Notes under the pieces: generated by a model
The model's input: only the letters and a program-made list of their open reading frames with translations
What the model was told of the DNA's origin: nothing
The model's database searches: none
From: Aciduliprofundum boonei T469
GTDB taxonomy: Archaea > Thermoplasmatota > Thermoplasmata > Thermoplasmatales > Aciduliprofundaceae
Direction of reading: 5' to 3'
DNA: 32,000 bases
NCBI RefSeq assembly: GCF_000025665.1
Contig: NC_013926.1
Coordinates: 390,001-422,000 of the forward strand
Program-made: the position numbers and the translations under genes
Shown here: in pieces, positions 1-9,798 of the stretch
Layout: each line of letters starts with the position of its first letter
Numbering within the stretch: position 1 is the first letter of the stretch

Positions 1-1020
1 GGTAGTTCTTATCTTTACAGGGGAAAAATATCGTTTTCTGTACACCCCCACCTTGATGTATCCGTGACAAATATACATGTTCGTCCTGTAAGTGCCAAAT
101 ACGCGTACATAACAAATGTGCATCTCTTAATAAAGTCTCAAAGACCAATTTATATATGTGGATTGAATTTTACAGTGTTTAATATGAATATCTACAAGGA
201 GGTTAATAGTGTGATTTATGGTGTAAAGAAGGTTAATATAAGTGTGTCTCCTGGAAAGGTTGTACAACTTGTGCAAAAGGGCATCGTGCCTGTGAAGATT
301 ACACTTCTCTATCCAGCATATCCCGATAATCTTGATAAGCCAGAGAAATATCCCGTTGATAGTGAATGTGTAATCAATTTCACTTACCCTCCTGTTGTTA
401 TAACTAATTTCTCGATTTATAATTCTTCGTCATATCCGTCATATATCTTCCTTTTATTTCAACTCAGCAGATTTCCTGATTATCCGGTCCACATTATAGT
501 TTACAAACTCAATGGTACAATTATAGGAGAAGGATATGGTGTTGGAATAGGTAAAAATGATACTGTATTCATATCCGTACCCTTCCCCCCTAATTATAAT
601 TTCAACGGCACATATGTTGCAGTTTTAGAAGACAATTACGGATTTGCCCTTAATAGCCTTACATTTACTCTCAAATCTGGGCCACTTAAGTTAATTTCTC
701 ACGAAGAAATATTTAATGAAACAAATGACCCCAATAAAGTGATTTTGAGATCACTAGTCCTTAAACTGGAGAATCTTGGAAATTTCAACTTCTACATAAC
801 ACACTATGAATATAAGATAAGTTTTATTTCAAATGGCACCGTTGCTGCATCAGGGGACTATACTTGGTTCTATCAAGCGATACCCCCCAGAAAATTTACT
901 AATGTAACCCTTCCATTTTATGTGCACCTCATTAAAGGAAAAACTTATAAAATTTCCCTTACATTTGAAGGTGGCAACAAGAATGTCAAATGCACGATTG
1001 ATTACACTTTTAAAGCGTAA
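1..1020 (+). CDS. Hypothetical secreted or surface protein, 5'-truncated by the window edge (probable glycoprotein)
   Basis: Frame 1 has no stop from nt 1 to the listed start at 64, so the CDS probably continues upstream. Composition is beta-rich and Tyr/Asn/Pro/Ile-rich. I count 11 N-x-S/T sequons in the listed 318 aa (NFT, NIS, NFT, NFS, NSS, NGT, NDT, NGT, NET, NGT, NVT). No catalytic motif recognised. Confidence 0.45.
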   Translation, partial: GSSYLYRGKISFSVHPHLDVSVTNIHVRPVSAKYAYITNVHLLIKSQRPIYICGLNFTVFNMNIYKEVNSVIYGVKKVNISVSPGKVVQLVQKGIVPVKITLLYPAYPDNLDKPEKYPVDSECVINFTYPPVVITNFSIYNSSSYPSYIFLLFQLSRFPDYPVHIIVYKLNGTIIGEGYGVGIGKNDTVFISVPFPPNYNFNGTYVAVLEDNYGFALNSLTFTLKSGPLKLISHEEIFNETNDPNKVILRSLVLKLENLGNFNFYITHYEYKISFISNGTVAASGDYTWFYQAIPPRKFTNVTLPFYVHLIKGKTYKISLTFEGGNKNVKCTIDYTFKA

Positions 1021-1142
1021 TTGTAAGAATGCGCTCCAGCACTTGAAAACTACAAGTTTTATTCATACAGGAGAAAGATTGAGGAGAATATTATTAGCTG
1101 CGTTCGCGGTTTCGGAGGAAATGAGGAAAATAGAAGAAAAGA

Positions 1143-2996
1143 TCATTCCATATGCTCTTTGAACCAATCAACTATCTCCTTCAATCTTATTTCTCTGTGC
1201 TTTGGCTTTCCACTGCGAGATAAATCGTGATTTTCGTGGGGAAATAGAACCATCTTTGTATCCACACCCTGCATCTTAAGGGCATAGAATAATTGATATG
1301 CTTCACTTATGGGGCATCTGTAATCCTCCTCGCTATGTATTATCAGCAGCGGAGTTTTTATATTCTTGGCATATTTCAATGGACTCATACTCCAATAATT
1401 CTCAAATCCTTCCCAGAGATCCTTACCGGCACCAATATAATCTTTGTTAAACCACGGCCCTATATCACTAGTGCCCCAGAAAGAGAGTTGGTTGCTTATG
1501 CTCCTCTGCGTAGCTGCAGCTCTGAATCTATCCGTATGCCCAACAATCCAGTTAGTCATAAATCCCCCATAAGAGCCTCCAGTAACAAATACCTTTTTCT
1601 TATCAATTGAATAATTCTCAAGCACAAAATCAAGAGCTTCCATCAAATCCTTGTAATCTCTATTTCCAAAATCACCTCTAATCTTCAAAGCAAATTCTTC
1701 AGAATAGCCAGATGAGCCACGGGGATTTGTGAAGATAACAGCAAATCCTTGAGAGAGGAAATAGTAGAACTCAAACATAAATGCATGGCCATAAGATGTT
1801 TTAGGTCCCCCATGAATCTCCAAAATAGCTGGATGTGGCCCTTTACCCTCTGGCAACAAGAGCCATCCCTCTACCTCTTCACCATCACTTACTTTCACTG
1901 TAAAATGCTCTCCTTTGGGCAATTTTAAGAACCTATTTAAATTGGTTATTCTTCTCTCTCTGTCCCTTTTTATAAAAACATCTGCAGGATGATTCATTTC
2001 CTGAGCTATGAAAGCTAAAGTACCCTCAGCATAGGCAAAGCTTTCCACACTTCTATTCCCATTCAAAATTTTCCAGCATTTACCATGGCTGTATATGAAA
2101 ACTGGTTGCTTGCCCCTATCCGTTGCTATGAATAGAATTTCATTTTCGTTTATCCATTGCATCACACTGCCACCACCAAATCTGGTATCAGAGTTCAAAG
2201 ATTTCCCAAATGAGAATTTATCCCCGCAGGCAAGTTCATAATCTCCGCCTTCCATAGATAGCATGTACAACCGCTTGTGCTCTGCAAATCCTTTGTCATG
2301 GAAACTCAAGAATGCAGCTATCTTCTTGCCATCAGGAGATATTCTAAACGAGCTTATACTTGCTTTTCTCCCGCTTATCCTTTCACCCTTTCCTTCTTTG
2401 AGAATATAGAGATTCTCCATAAACGGCTCACGCTCATCTTCCGAGGCAGAGTAAATAATCCTGCCATTTTTAACATCAAAACTTGAAATTTTCTCATCCA
2501 CATTGCTTAATTTTTCAACTTTACCTCCTTTTAAAGGTACTCTGAAAATCTGCATACTTGCATTGTAGATGAATCCCTTACCATTGAAGTAAAAAGGTAT
2601 GGATGTTATGCGTTTTACATCATCATTCTCCTTATTCACCACAGGAGATAAAAAGTAAACATAATCTCCGTCAATTTTCATATTGATAACGCCTTTTTCC
2701 ACTTCCGCTATTTTCCTTGATTCCCCACCCACAAGGGATATCACTCTTATCTCACTTTTTTTCTCTCCCTTCCTCACATACACAATTTTATCACCTGCAA
2801 ATCTAGGCATTGTATCCTTGGGACCGGATGTGAAAGCCTTACTCTTTCCATCATAGAGATAAATCTTAGAAAGGTAATCATTCTTCTTTTTATCCATCCT
2901 TGCAACCACATAGGCAATCTTGGTTCCATCCTTGGATACTTGCACATCCCCAACAAGCTTGATCCTATACATATCCGATAATTTTACATTTTGCAT
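1143..2996 (-). CDS. S9-family serine peptidase (acylaminoacyl-peptidase / prolyl oligopeptidase type)
   Basis: The C-terminal alpha/beta-hydrolase domain has the nucleophile elbow GGSYGG, followed by EEDYRCP (Asp) and HENHDLS (His). The N-terminal half has propeller-like SKDG/SPDG repeats. The ORF opens at TTG 3038. I prefer the first ATG at 2996 (MQNVKLSDMYRIKL), which lies about 25 nt downstream of a TTTTATCT element. The start is uncertain. Confidence 0.85.
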   Translation of the reverse strand: MQNVKLSDMYRIKLVGDVQVSKDGTKIAYVVARMDKKKNDYLSKIYLYDGKSKAFTSGPKDTMPRFAGDKIVYVRKGEKKSEIRVISLVGGESRKIAEVEKGVINMKIDGDYVYFLSPVVNKENDDVKRITSIPFYFNGKGFIYNASMQIFRVPLKGGKVEKLSNVDEKISSFDVKNGRIIYSASEDEREPFMENLYILKEGKGERISGRKASISSFRISPDGKKIAAFLSFHDKGFAEHKRLYMLSMEGGDYELACGDKFSFGKSLNSDTRFGGGSVMQWINENEILFIATDRGKQPVFIYSHGKCWKILNGNRSVESFAYAEGTLAFIAQEMNHPADVFIKRDRERRITNLNRFLKLPKGEHFTVKVSDGEEVEGWLLLPEGKGPHPAILEIHGGPKTSYGHAFMFEFYYFLSQGFAVIFTNPRGSSGYSEEFALKIRGDFGNRDYKDLMEALDFVLENYSIDKKKVFVTGGSYGGFMTNWIVGHTDRFRAAATQRSISNQLSFWGTSDIGPWFNKDYIGAGKDLWEGFENYWSMSPLKYAKNIKTPLLIIHSEEDYRCPISEAYQLFYALKMQGVDTKMVLFPHENHDLSRSGKPKHREIRLKEIVDWFKEHME

Positions 2997-3092
2997 ATTT
3001 TTGCATGCATATACAAGAGATAAAACTTTCGTTTCCAAAAGGTTTTTATCTCATCTTTCTATACATGCTAACAAGCATCAGGGGGTGAGAAA

Positions 3093-3401
3093 ATGACAAT
3101 AACATATAAATTGGATACCGAAATGGAATTGATAGAAAGGCATATTAAAGTGCTCAAAGCTGTTATTGAAAATCAGCCAGTTGGAATTATTAAGCTTTCA
3201 CATATGCTCAACATGCCTGAACATAAGATAAGATATTCACTTCGTCTTCTTGAGCAGGAGGGAATTATTGAGGCCTCTCCCAGCGGAGCAAAAATAACAA
3301 TAAAGGCTAAAGAAGCTTTGGAAGAGATAAGAAAATTTGTAAGAGATATGGAGAAGAGATGCGAAGAAATAAACAATATAATTGATAGCATCAATCTATG
3401 A
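3093..3401 (+). CDS. Small winged-helix (wHTH) putative transcriptional regulator
   Basis: The 102-aa product has the pattern IKLSHMLNMPEHKIRYSLRLLEQEGIIEASPSG, typical of an archaeal wHTH recognition helix plus wing. A strong SD (GGGGGTGAG) lies 4 nt upstream of the ATG. Its 3' end overlaps the convergent purA by 11 nt. Confidence 0.5.
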   Translation: MTITYKLDTEMELIERHIKVLKAVIENQPVGIIKLSHMLNMPEHKIRYSLRLLEQEGIIEASPSGAKITIKAKEALEEIRKFVRDMEKRCEEINNIIDSINL

Positions 3402-4587
3402 GCATGGTTTCTTCCCTGCTCGCTCCATAGGATATCATCCGTACTTTAGCTCCCGTTTCCCTTTCTATCATTTTCATATAATTCCATAAATTTTCATCTT
3501 CTATGCTTTTCCATCCAGGAAGTTTCATATAAATTGGTTCGCATTTCTCAATATGCATAGGAGGATACTTTCTCTTCCCACTGCAGTTATACTCAAAAGC
3601 CACCGGTATTTCTTCCATACCCTGCAAAATATCAACCTTGGTTAATGCAATTTCATCCACACCCCCAACCAGAGTTGCATAACGCAGGAGGGGTAAATCC
3701 AACCAGCCAATTCTCCGCGGCCTTCCTGTTGTAGCCCCATACTCTTTACCCCTATCCCTCAACTCTTCGGCCATTTTCCCGAAAATTTCAGTTGGAAATG
3801 GACCTGCACCAACCCTTGTCATATAGGGCTTCATAACACCTACAATTTTATCGATGGATCTGGGAGATATTCCAAGCCCAGAAAGCATACCTCCCGAAAT
3901 GGTGTTAGAGGATGTCACAAATGGATATGTGCCAAAATCCACATCCAAAAGAGCAGCCTGAGAACCCTCAAAAAGCACTTTCTTTCCCGCTCTTATCACT
4001 TCATTTAACCATATCTCAGTATCTACAATAAATTCCTTGAATTTTCGCACCTGCTCCCTTATTGCCCTTGCCTCTTTCTCCACCTCTTTTTCATCATAAA
4101 TACTCCATAATTTTGTTGCGAGCTTCAATCTTTTTAGCAAAATAGCATCATCAAAAACATCCCCAACTCTTATACCCACTCTCTTAACCTTTGTCTCATA
4201 GGTGGGACCTATTCCTCGCCTAGTAGTCCCTATCCCTATAATCTCATCTTCCTTTTCATCCATAATTTTGTGAAACGAAGTTACCACATGCGCCCTGCTG
4301 CTTATCTTTATCTTTGGCTCTAATCCTTCCCCTCTTAAAGATTTAAATTCCTCATCTAAAACTGAAAAATCTATTGCCATCCCGTTTCCAAGGACTCCTA
4401 TCTTTCCTCGTAAAACCCCACTTGGTATGAGGTGCAATTTGAATTTTTTGCCATTATACAACACGCTATGCCCAGCATTACTGCCTCCCGAATACCTAGC
4501 GATTACATCAAAATCTTCAGCGAGGTAATCCACAATTTTCCCCTTCCCCTCATCGCCAAACTGCAAGCCAATAACTGCAATGTTCAT
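3391..4587 (-). CDS. purA: Adenylosuccinate synthetase
   Basis: Contains the N-terminal P-loop QFGDEGKGK, plus GIGPTY, TTGRPRR and a GWLD-type motif, and has full PurA length. The listed ORF starts 24 codons upstream, but MNIAVIGLQFGDEGKGK at 4587 matches the family N-terminus. Confidence 0.93.
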   Translation of the reverse strand: MNIAVIGLQFGDEGKGKIVDYLAEDFDVIARYSGGSNAGHSVLYNGKKFKLHLIPSGVLRGKIGVLGNGMAIDFSVLDEEFKSLRGEGLEPKIKISSRAHVVTSFHKIMDEKEDEIIGIGTTRRGIGPTYETKVKRVGIRVGDVFDDAILLKRLKLATKLWSIYDEKEVEKEARAIREQVRKFKEFIVDTEIWLNEVIRAGKKVLFEGSQAALLDVDFGTYPFVTSSNTISGGMLSGLGISPRSIDKIVGVMKPYMTRVGAGPFPTEIFGKMAEELRDRGKEYGATTGRPRRIGWLDLPLLRYATLVGGVDEIALTKVDILQGMEEIPVAFEYNCSGKRKYPPMHIEKCEPIYMKLPGWKSIEDENLWNYMKMIERETGAKVRMISYGASREETMLID

Positions 4588-4720
4588 ATCCTCACCAAAG
4601 CATAAAGACAAATTAGGTATTATAACTTTGCGAAATGAAGATATGCTATAACATCTCAAGAAAAATTTAAAAATGTTTCCATTATCAACCCCTTCAATTA
4701 GAAATGTTTAAATAGGAAGG

Positions 4721-5167
4721 TTGAGTAATAGCATATTGCACACTGGGAGTGAGTGGAAAGTGGAAATAGAAGATGTAGAAAGCGCAGAATTCGTGGTTAC
4801 CGTCGATTTTTTGGCCAAGGCAATTCAAAATGGGTTGAGCAGGCCCAAGAGAAGATTGAGCATGGAAGAGGCAAAAATGACAGCTGAGCATGTTCTCAAC
4901 TTCTTCGGGTATGGAGATAGGATCATAGACAACATGCTTGAGCCCGAAGATCGCGATACTTTTTACATCCTTGAGGACTTGGCAATTCTTAAAACAGAGA
5001 GAGAAGAAACAACGCTTTGGGATGGTAGAGAGTGGCGTATTCATTACTGGCTTCTAAACAAGGAGAGAATTTACGAGCTTGTTTATTATAAGCAAGAAGA
5101 AGAAAAGGAGGAAGACATAGAGGATATATACACAGACCTCCCAGACGAACTTTGGATTAGGGGTTGA
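4721..5167 (+). CDS. Hypothetical protein with acidic C-terminal tail, upstream of and coupled to ABCE1
   Basis: 148-aa ORF with coding-like composition and an acidic tail (EEEKEEDIEDIYTDLPDELW). Its stop lies 9 nt before the ABCE1 ATG, and the ABCE1 SD (GAGGTG) overlaps its last codons. No family recognised. The start is ambiguous: TTG 4721, TTG 4736 or GTG 4760, with a TTTAAATA box at about 4705. Confidence 0.5.
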   Translation: MSNSILHTGSEWKVEIEDVESAEFVVTVDFLAKAIQNGLSRPKRRLSMEEAKMTAEHVLNFFGYGDRIIDNMLEPEDRDTFYILEDLAILKTEREETTLWDGREWRIHYWLLNKERIYELVYYKQEEEKEEDIEDIYTDLPDELWIRG

Positions 5168-5176
5168 GGTGCTTTT

Positions 5177-6937
5177 ATGCATATTGCAGTTGTTTTGCAG
5201 GATAGATGTCAGTTTAAAAAATGTAATTACGAGTGCCGTCTTTATTGCCCACCGGTTAGAATGGGTATAGATACGGTTGTTATAACAGAAAAGGGATATC
5301 CAAAAATTATAGAAGAACTGTGCGAAGGATGCGGGATATGCGTTCACAAATGCCCATTTGAAGCCGTGAAGATAGTTGGATTGCCAGAGGAATTAAAAGA
5401 AGAGCTCGTGCATCAGTACGGGGAGAATGGCTTTCGACTTTACAGATTACCACAGATCAAGCAAGGAAAGGTTGTTGGTATCCTTGGCCCAAATGGGGTG
5501 GGAAAGACAACGAGCTTGAACATCCTCTCAGGAAATTTAATTCCAAATTTGGGAAATTACGAGAAAAAGCCATCTTGGGACGATGTGATTGATTACTTCT
5601 CCGGTAATGTTATGGCTGATTACTTCTCAAAGTTGAGAGATGGAGAAATAAAAACAGCTTTAAAGCCACAGTATGTGGATAAAATCCCAAGGGTTTTTAA
5701 AGGTAAAGTCAAAGAACTATTAAAGAATGTAAACGAAGATATAAGCGAGGTTGCATCCCTTTTGAAAATTGAGAACATATTAGATAGAGATGTGGATAAG
5801 CTTAGCGGTGGAGAATTGCAAAGTGTAGCAATAGCAGCAACCATGCTAAAAGATGCAGATGTTTATTTCTTTGATGAGCCAAGCAGCTATTTGGATATAG
5901 ATCAAAGATTGGAAATCGCAAGGATAATAAAGGATTTGGCTGAGAAAAAGATAGTTTTCGTGGTTGAGCACGATTTAGCTGTTATGGATTTCATAGCAGA
6001 TGTGGTTCATATTTTATATGGAAGCGAAGGAGCTTATGGGGTTGTTTCTCAAATCCGAGCCACAAGAAACGCAATAAATTCATTCCTTGAAGGGTATTTG
6101 AGAGAGGAGAACATAAGGTTCAGGCCTTGGAAAATAGAATTCACAGAGCATCCTCCAAAGAGAAGCTTGGAGTTGCCCACATTGATAAAATGGCCATACA
6201 TAGAGAAAAAATATGAAAATTTCAAATTAGAAGTTGAACCGGGAGAGATAAAAATAGGAGAGGTTGTGGGCGTGGTTGGCCCTAATGCCACAGGAAAGAC
6301 AACATTCGTGAAAATTCTTGCGGGAGTAATAAAAGCGGATAGGGGAGAAATAAATGAGGAAGTAAAAGTAAGCTACAAACCGCAGTACATAAAGCCTCAG
6401 TACGATGGCACAGTGGAAGAATTGCTTATGTTCACCTTCAAAGATAGAATGTCCAATTCATTCTTTCTATCCGAAGTAATCAATCCTCTGGGAATTAAGC
6501 ATATGTACAACAAGGATGTAAACGCATTATCTGGGGGAGAGATGCAACGCTTAGCAATAGCAATCTGCCTTGGGTTAGAAGCGGATTTATATCTCCTTGA
6601 CGAGCCCTCAGCATATTTGGATAGCAATCAAAGAATGATTGCGGCGAAGGTGATTCGCAGGGTTATGGAAAACACCGGCAAAAGTGCTCTCGTTGTAGAC
6701 CATGATGTTTATTTCATTGACATTGTGTCGGATGATGTGATGGTTTTCGGTGGAGAGCCAGCAAGGCATGGCATTGGTAAAGGACCTTATCCCATGAGAG
6801 AAGGTATGAATCTATTCTTAAAGAATGTTGGAATAACATTCAGAAGGGACGGAGAGACAAAGAGACCAAGGATAAACAAGCCCGGAAGCTATACAGATAG
6901 GGAGCAGAAGGAAAAGGGTGAATATTATTACGCATAA
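5177..6937 (+). CDS. abce1: ABCE1 (RNase L inhibitor homolog), ribosome-recycling ATPase
   Basis: The N-terminal Cys-rich FeS domain (CNYECRLYCPP ... CEGCGICVHKCP) is followed by two ABC cassettes. Walker A motifs are GPNGVGKT and GPNATGKT. Signature motifs are LSGGELQ and LSGGEMQ. Confidence 0.96.
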   Translation: MHIAVVLQDRCQFKKCNYECRLYCPPVRMGIDTVVITEKGYPKIIEELCEGCGICVHKCPFEAVKIVGLPEELKEELVHQYGENGFRLYRLPQIKQGKVVGILGPNGVGKTTSLNILSGNLIPNLGNYEKKPSWDDVIDYFSGNVMADYFSKLRDGEIKTALKPQYVDKIPRVFKGKVKELLKNVNEDISEVASLLKIENILDRDVDKLSGGELQSVAIAATMLKDADVYFFDEPSSYLDIDQRLEIARIIKDLAEKKIVFVVEHDLAVMDFIADVVHILYGSEGAYGVVSQIRATRNAINSFLEGYLREENIRFRPWKIEFTEHPPKRSLELPTLIKWPYIEKKYENFKLEVEPGEIKIGEVVGVVGPNATGKTTFVKILAGVIKADRGEINEEVKVSYKPQYIKPQYDGTVEELLMFTFKDRMSNSFFLSEVINPLGIKHMYNKDVNALSGGEMQRLAIAICLGLEADLYLLDEPSAYLDSNQRMIAAKVIRRVMENTGKSALVVDHDVYFIDIVSDDVMVFGGEPARHGIGKGPYPMREGMNLFLKNVGITFRRDGETKRPRINKPGSYTDREQKEKGEYYYA

Positions 6938-6967
6938 ATTTTTTAATCTTGTGAAAAATTTACAACT

Positions 6968-7633
6968 ATGAAAATATTTGTGGATTATAGGGAGCGCTCA
7001 GTTCTTGATATCATAGAGGATATTTTTGACTCATTTGAACTCGTAAATCTCCCAGTCGGTGATTTTCTAATCACATTTGATACCTATGCAGTGCTCGTGG
7101 AGAGAAAAAGTGCTTCAGATTTCTTGAATAGTTTAAAGAGCAACCGCCTCTGGGACCAGATGAGAAGGATGCTGGCTCAAGAGGTTATGGGTCATAAGAT
7201 AAGAAGAAGGGCCCTGCTTATCCACGGTTATATGGGAGATGAAATATCCTTATCCTCTTTTGGATGGAACCATATAATGGGTGCATATATGGAAATTCAA
7301 TACAGATACGATATTCCCATATTCCACGCGGAAGATGATGATGCCCTAGCAGAATTTTTCAGAATTTTGATAAAGAGAGAAACGGAAGGAAAGAATGAAG
7401 GGGAGTTTGAGAGAAAATGGATGAGAATTCCACCAAAGAGAGTTATGAGCGATGAAGAGTGGAAAATTTATGCTCTTTCTTCACTTCCATACATAGGAGA
7501 GAAAATCGCCAAGGCTCTTTTAGAGCATTTTGGGAGCATTGAGAAAATTGCTAGGGCAAATATAGTTGAGCTTAAGAAAGTTGAAGGTATAGGGGACAAG
7601 AAGGCAAGGCAGATATATCGCATATTTCACTGA
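6968..7633 (+). CDS. xpf: Short-form XPF/ERCC4-family structure-specific endonuclease with C-terminal HhH2
   Basis: Contains VDYRE, then the ERCC4 signature GDF...VERKSASD (GDxnERKx3D). The C-terminus has tandem helix-hairpin-helix motifs (LPYIGEKIAKALL ... VEGIGDKKARQI). It has no helicase domain. Confidence 0.85.
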   Translation: MKIFVDYRERSVLDIIEDIFDSFELVNLPVGDFLITFDTYAVLVERKSASDFLNSLKSNRLWDQMRRMLAQEVMGHKIRRRALLIHGYMGDEISLSSFGWNHIMGAYMEIQYRYDIPIFHAEDDDALAEFFRILIKRETEGKNEGEFERKWMRIPPKRVMSDEEWKIYALSSLPYIGEKIAKALLEHFGSIEKIARANIVELKKVEGIGDKKARQIYRIFH

Positions 7634-7668
7634 GGAAAATTATTATACGAATGATGAAATAAGCCCCC

Positions 7669-9753
7669 GTGGAAATATACGATATCCCGTTGAATAGCGA
7701 ATGGCTAAAAGTTTTTGAAGATGAGGGAATAAGATACCTCTATCCTCCACAGGAAGAGGCGATAAAGAAACTCTTTAGCGGGAAAAATTTGGTTGTGGCA
7801 ATACCTACTGCAAGCGGTAAAACTCTAATCGGGTATATTGCGATTTTGAGGGCATTTAAGATGGGGTTGAAGAGTGTTTACATCGTACCATTGAGAGCCT
7901 TGGCAATGGAGAAATACGAGGAGCTTCGCAGATTTGAAAAATTCGGAATGAAAGTTGCCCTTGCAATGGGAGATTACGATAGCCCTGCGGGATATCTGAA
8001 GTATTACGATGTGGTCATAGCAACTAGCGAGAAGATGGATTCCATTTTAAGGCATGATTTAGAATACGCCTACAATCTTGGAGTTGTCATAGTTGATGAA
8101 GTTCATCTTTTGGGAGAGGCATCAAGAGGCCCAACTTTAGAAATGGTTATCTCAAAAATTAGGGATGTGAATGATGAGGCACAGATAATAGCCCTATCCG
8201 CCACAATCAACAATTCCCAAGAAATCGCAGAATGGCTAAACGGGGAGCATGTTTACAGCGAGTTCAGGCCTGTACCCCTGCGCCTTGGAGTTTATTACGA
8301 TGACACGCTTCTCTTTGAGGATGGAGAGAAGGTTGAAATAAAGCACGATGCCATAAACATAGGAAATTTAGTGCGAAGGAGCATAGAGTTAGGAGGGCAA
8401 GTGCTGATATTCGTGAATAGAAGAAAATCTGCAGAATCCCTAGCCGAGAAGTTGAGGAGGAGAGTAGAAGGGTATTTGAACGAGGAAGATAAGAATGAAC
8501 TCTACGCTTTGTCGGATAGCATTATGGAAGAGGAGTACACAATATATAGCGAGAGAATTGCAAAATTGATAAGGCATGGCGTTGCCTTCCATCATGCTGG
8601 CCTGAGCAACAGGCATAGGAGCATAGTGGAAAGAGCATTCAAAAATAAGTGGCTAAAGGTTATTGTGGCAACACCCACTCTTGCCGCTGGCATAAACCTT
8701 CCTTCAAGGACTGTTATTGTTAGAGATGTCACCCGCTATGATGGTTTCTCAAGCGTGTACATTCCCGTTATGGAAGTTAAGCAGATGCTTGGAAGAGCTG
8801 GAAGGCCAAAGTACGATAAGTATGGAGAAGGGATCATCTATGCGAGAAGTGAGAAGAGAGCCCATGATTATATGGAGATGTATATACGAGGAGAGATTGA
8901 AGATATAGAATCTCAATTATCAAACGAGAGCGCACTTAGAACTCACATATTGGCTCTAATAGCCAGTGATATGATAAACAAAGAGGAGGAAATTTTCGAA
9001 TTTTTCAAGAAAACATTTTACGGGTTTAAAATGCCAGTGGAGAATTTAGAGAGAAAAATTGAGAGAATATTGGATTTTCTGGAAGAATATGAATTCATAA
9101 AGAGAAAGAGATTGCTCCTAGCCACTCCATTGGGCAAGAGAACTTCAGATTTATACATAGACCCCTATACAGCCATCATATTTCGCAAATGCTACGAGCA
9201 TAATTTTGATATTTTTTGCATCCTTCATACCATTTCCTGCACACCAGATATGAATCCAATAAGAGCGAAGAGGAGTGAGTTAGAAGAGTTATTCAGTTTA
9301 GCCTACACTCACGAGCTTGCCATAGACGAGTTTGATGTTGACCAAGATACTTTCTTTGGTGCCTTGAAAACTGCATCCATACTGATGGATTGGATTGCGG
9401 AAACATCGCAGGATAAAATAATTGAGAGATACGATATTGGGCCAGGAGACCTACACGGAAGGGTTGAACTTACAGATTGGCTCCTATACGCATTTGGAGA
9501 GATTGGAAAAGTGCTGCACTATCCTCATATCAGGAATGTGGAGAATTTGAGATTAAGGGTGAAATATGGAGTTAAGGAGGAGCTCTTGCCCATCGTGTCC
9601 CTCAGGGGAGTAGGTAGAGTCAGAGCGAGGAGATTATTTGACTCTGGCTTTGATTCAATAGAAAAATTGAAAAGGGCAAATGTGAGCACATTGATTATAA
9701 TACCCGGAATCGGAAGAAAATTGGCGGAAGAGATACTGAAGCAGGTTAAATAG
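7669..9753 (+). CDS. hel308: Hel308 / Ski2-like SF2 DNA helicase
   Basis: Walker A PTASGKT, DEVH box, SAT motif and HHAGL are present. QMLGRAGRP, a winged-helix/ratchet region and a C-terminal HhH (IPGIGRKLAEEIL) follow. GTG start at 7669; the start confidence is lower than the family call. Confidence 0.9.
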   Translation: MEIYDIPLNSEWLKVFEDEGIRYLYPPQEEAIKKLFSGKNLVVAIPTASGKTLIGYIAILRAFKMGLKSVYIVPLRALAMEKYEELRRFEKFGMKVALAMGDYDSPAGYLKYYDVVIATSEKMDSILRHDLEYAYNLGVVIVDEVHLLGEASRGPTLEMVISKIRDVNDEAQIIALSATINNSQEIAEWLNGEHVYSEFRPVPLRLGVYYDDTLLFEDGEKVEIKHDAINIGNLVRRSIELGGQVLIFVNRRKSAESLAEKLRRRVEGYLNEEDKNELYALSDSIMEEEYTIYSERIAKLIRHGVAFHHAGLSNRHRSIVERAFKNKWLKVIVATPTLAAGINLPSRTVIVRDVTRYDGFSSVYIPVMEVKQMLGRAGRPKYDKYGEGIIYARSEKRAHDYMEMYIRGEIEDIESQLSNESALRTHILALIASDMINKEEEIFEFFKKTFYGFKMPVENLERKIERILDFLEEYEFIKRKRLLLATPLGKRTSDLYIDPYTAIIFRKCYEHNFDIFCILHTISCTPDMNPIRAKRSELEELFSLAYTHELAIDEFDVDQDTFFGALKTASILMDWIAETSQDKIIERYDIGPGDLHGRVELTDWLLYAFGEIGKVLHYPHIRNVENLRLRVKYGVKEELLPIVSLRGVGRVRARRLFDSGFDSIEKLKRANVSTLIIIPGIGRKLAEEILKQVK

Positions 9754-9798
9754 TGCATTTAAAATACAAAAATGGCATTCTCACTTGGCGGTGAGTTT

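Noticed and set aside
1041-1064. Small hairpin ACTTG-aaaacta-CAAGT followed by TTTTATT after the first gene
   Set aside because: A 5-bp stem is too weak to call as a structured terminator. The T-tract alone may be sufficient in archaea, but I cannot support it as a feature.
7598-7630. Possible PCNA-interacting (PIP) box at the XPF C-terminus (KKARQIYRIFH)
   Set aside because: The spacing does not fit Q-x-x-[LIVM]-x-x-[FY]-[FY]; position 4 after Q is Arg. It is not supportable from sequence alone.
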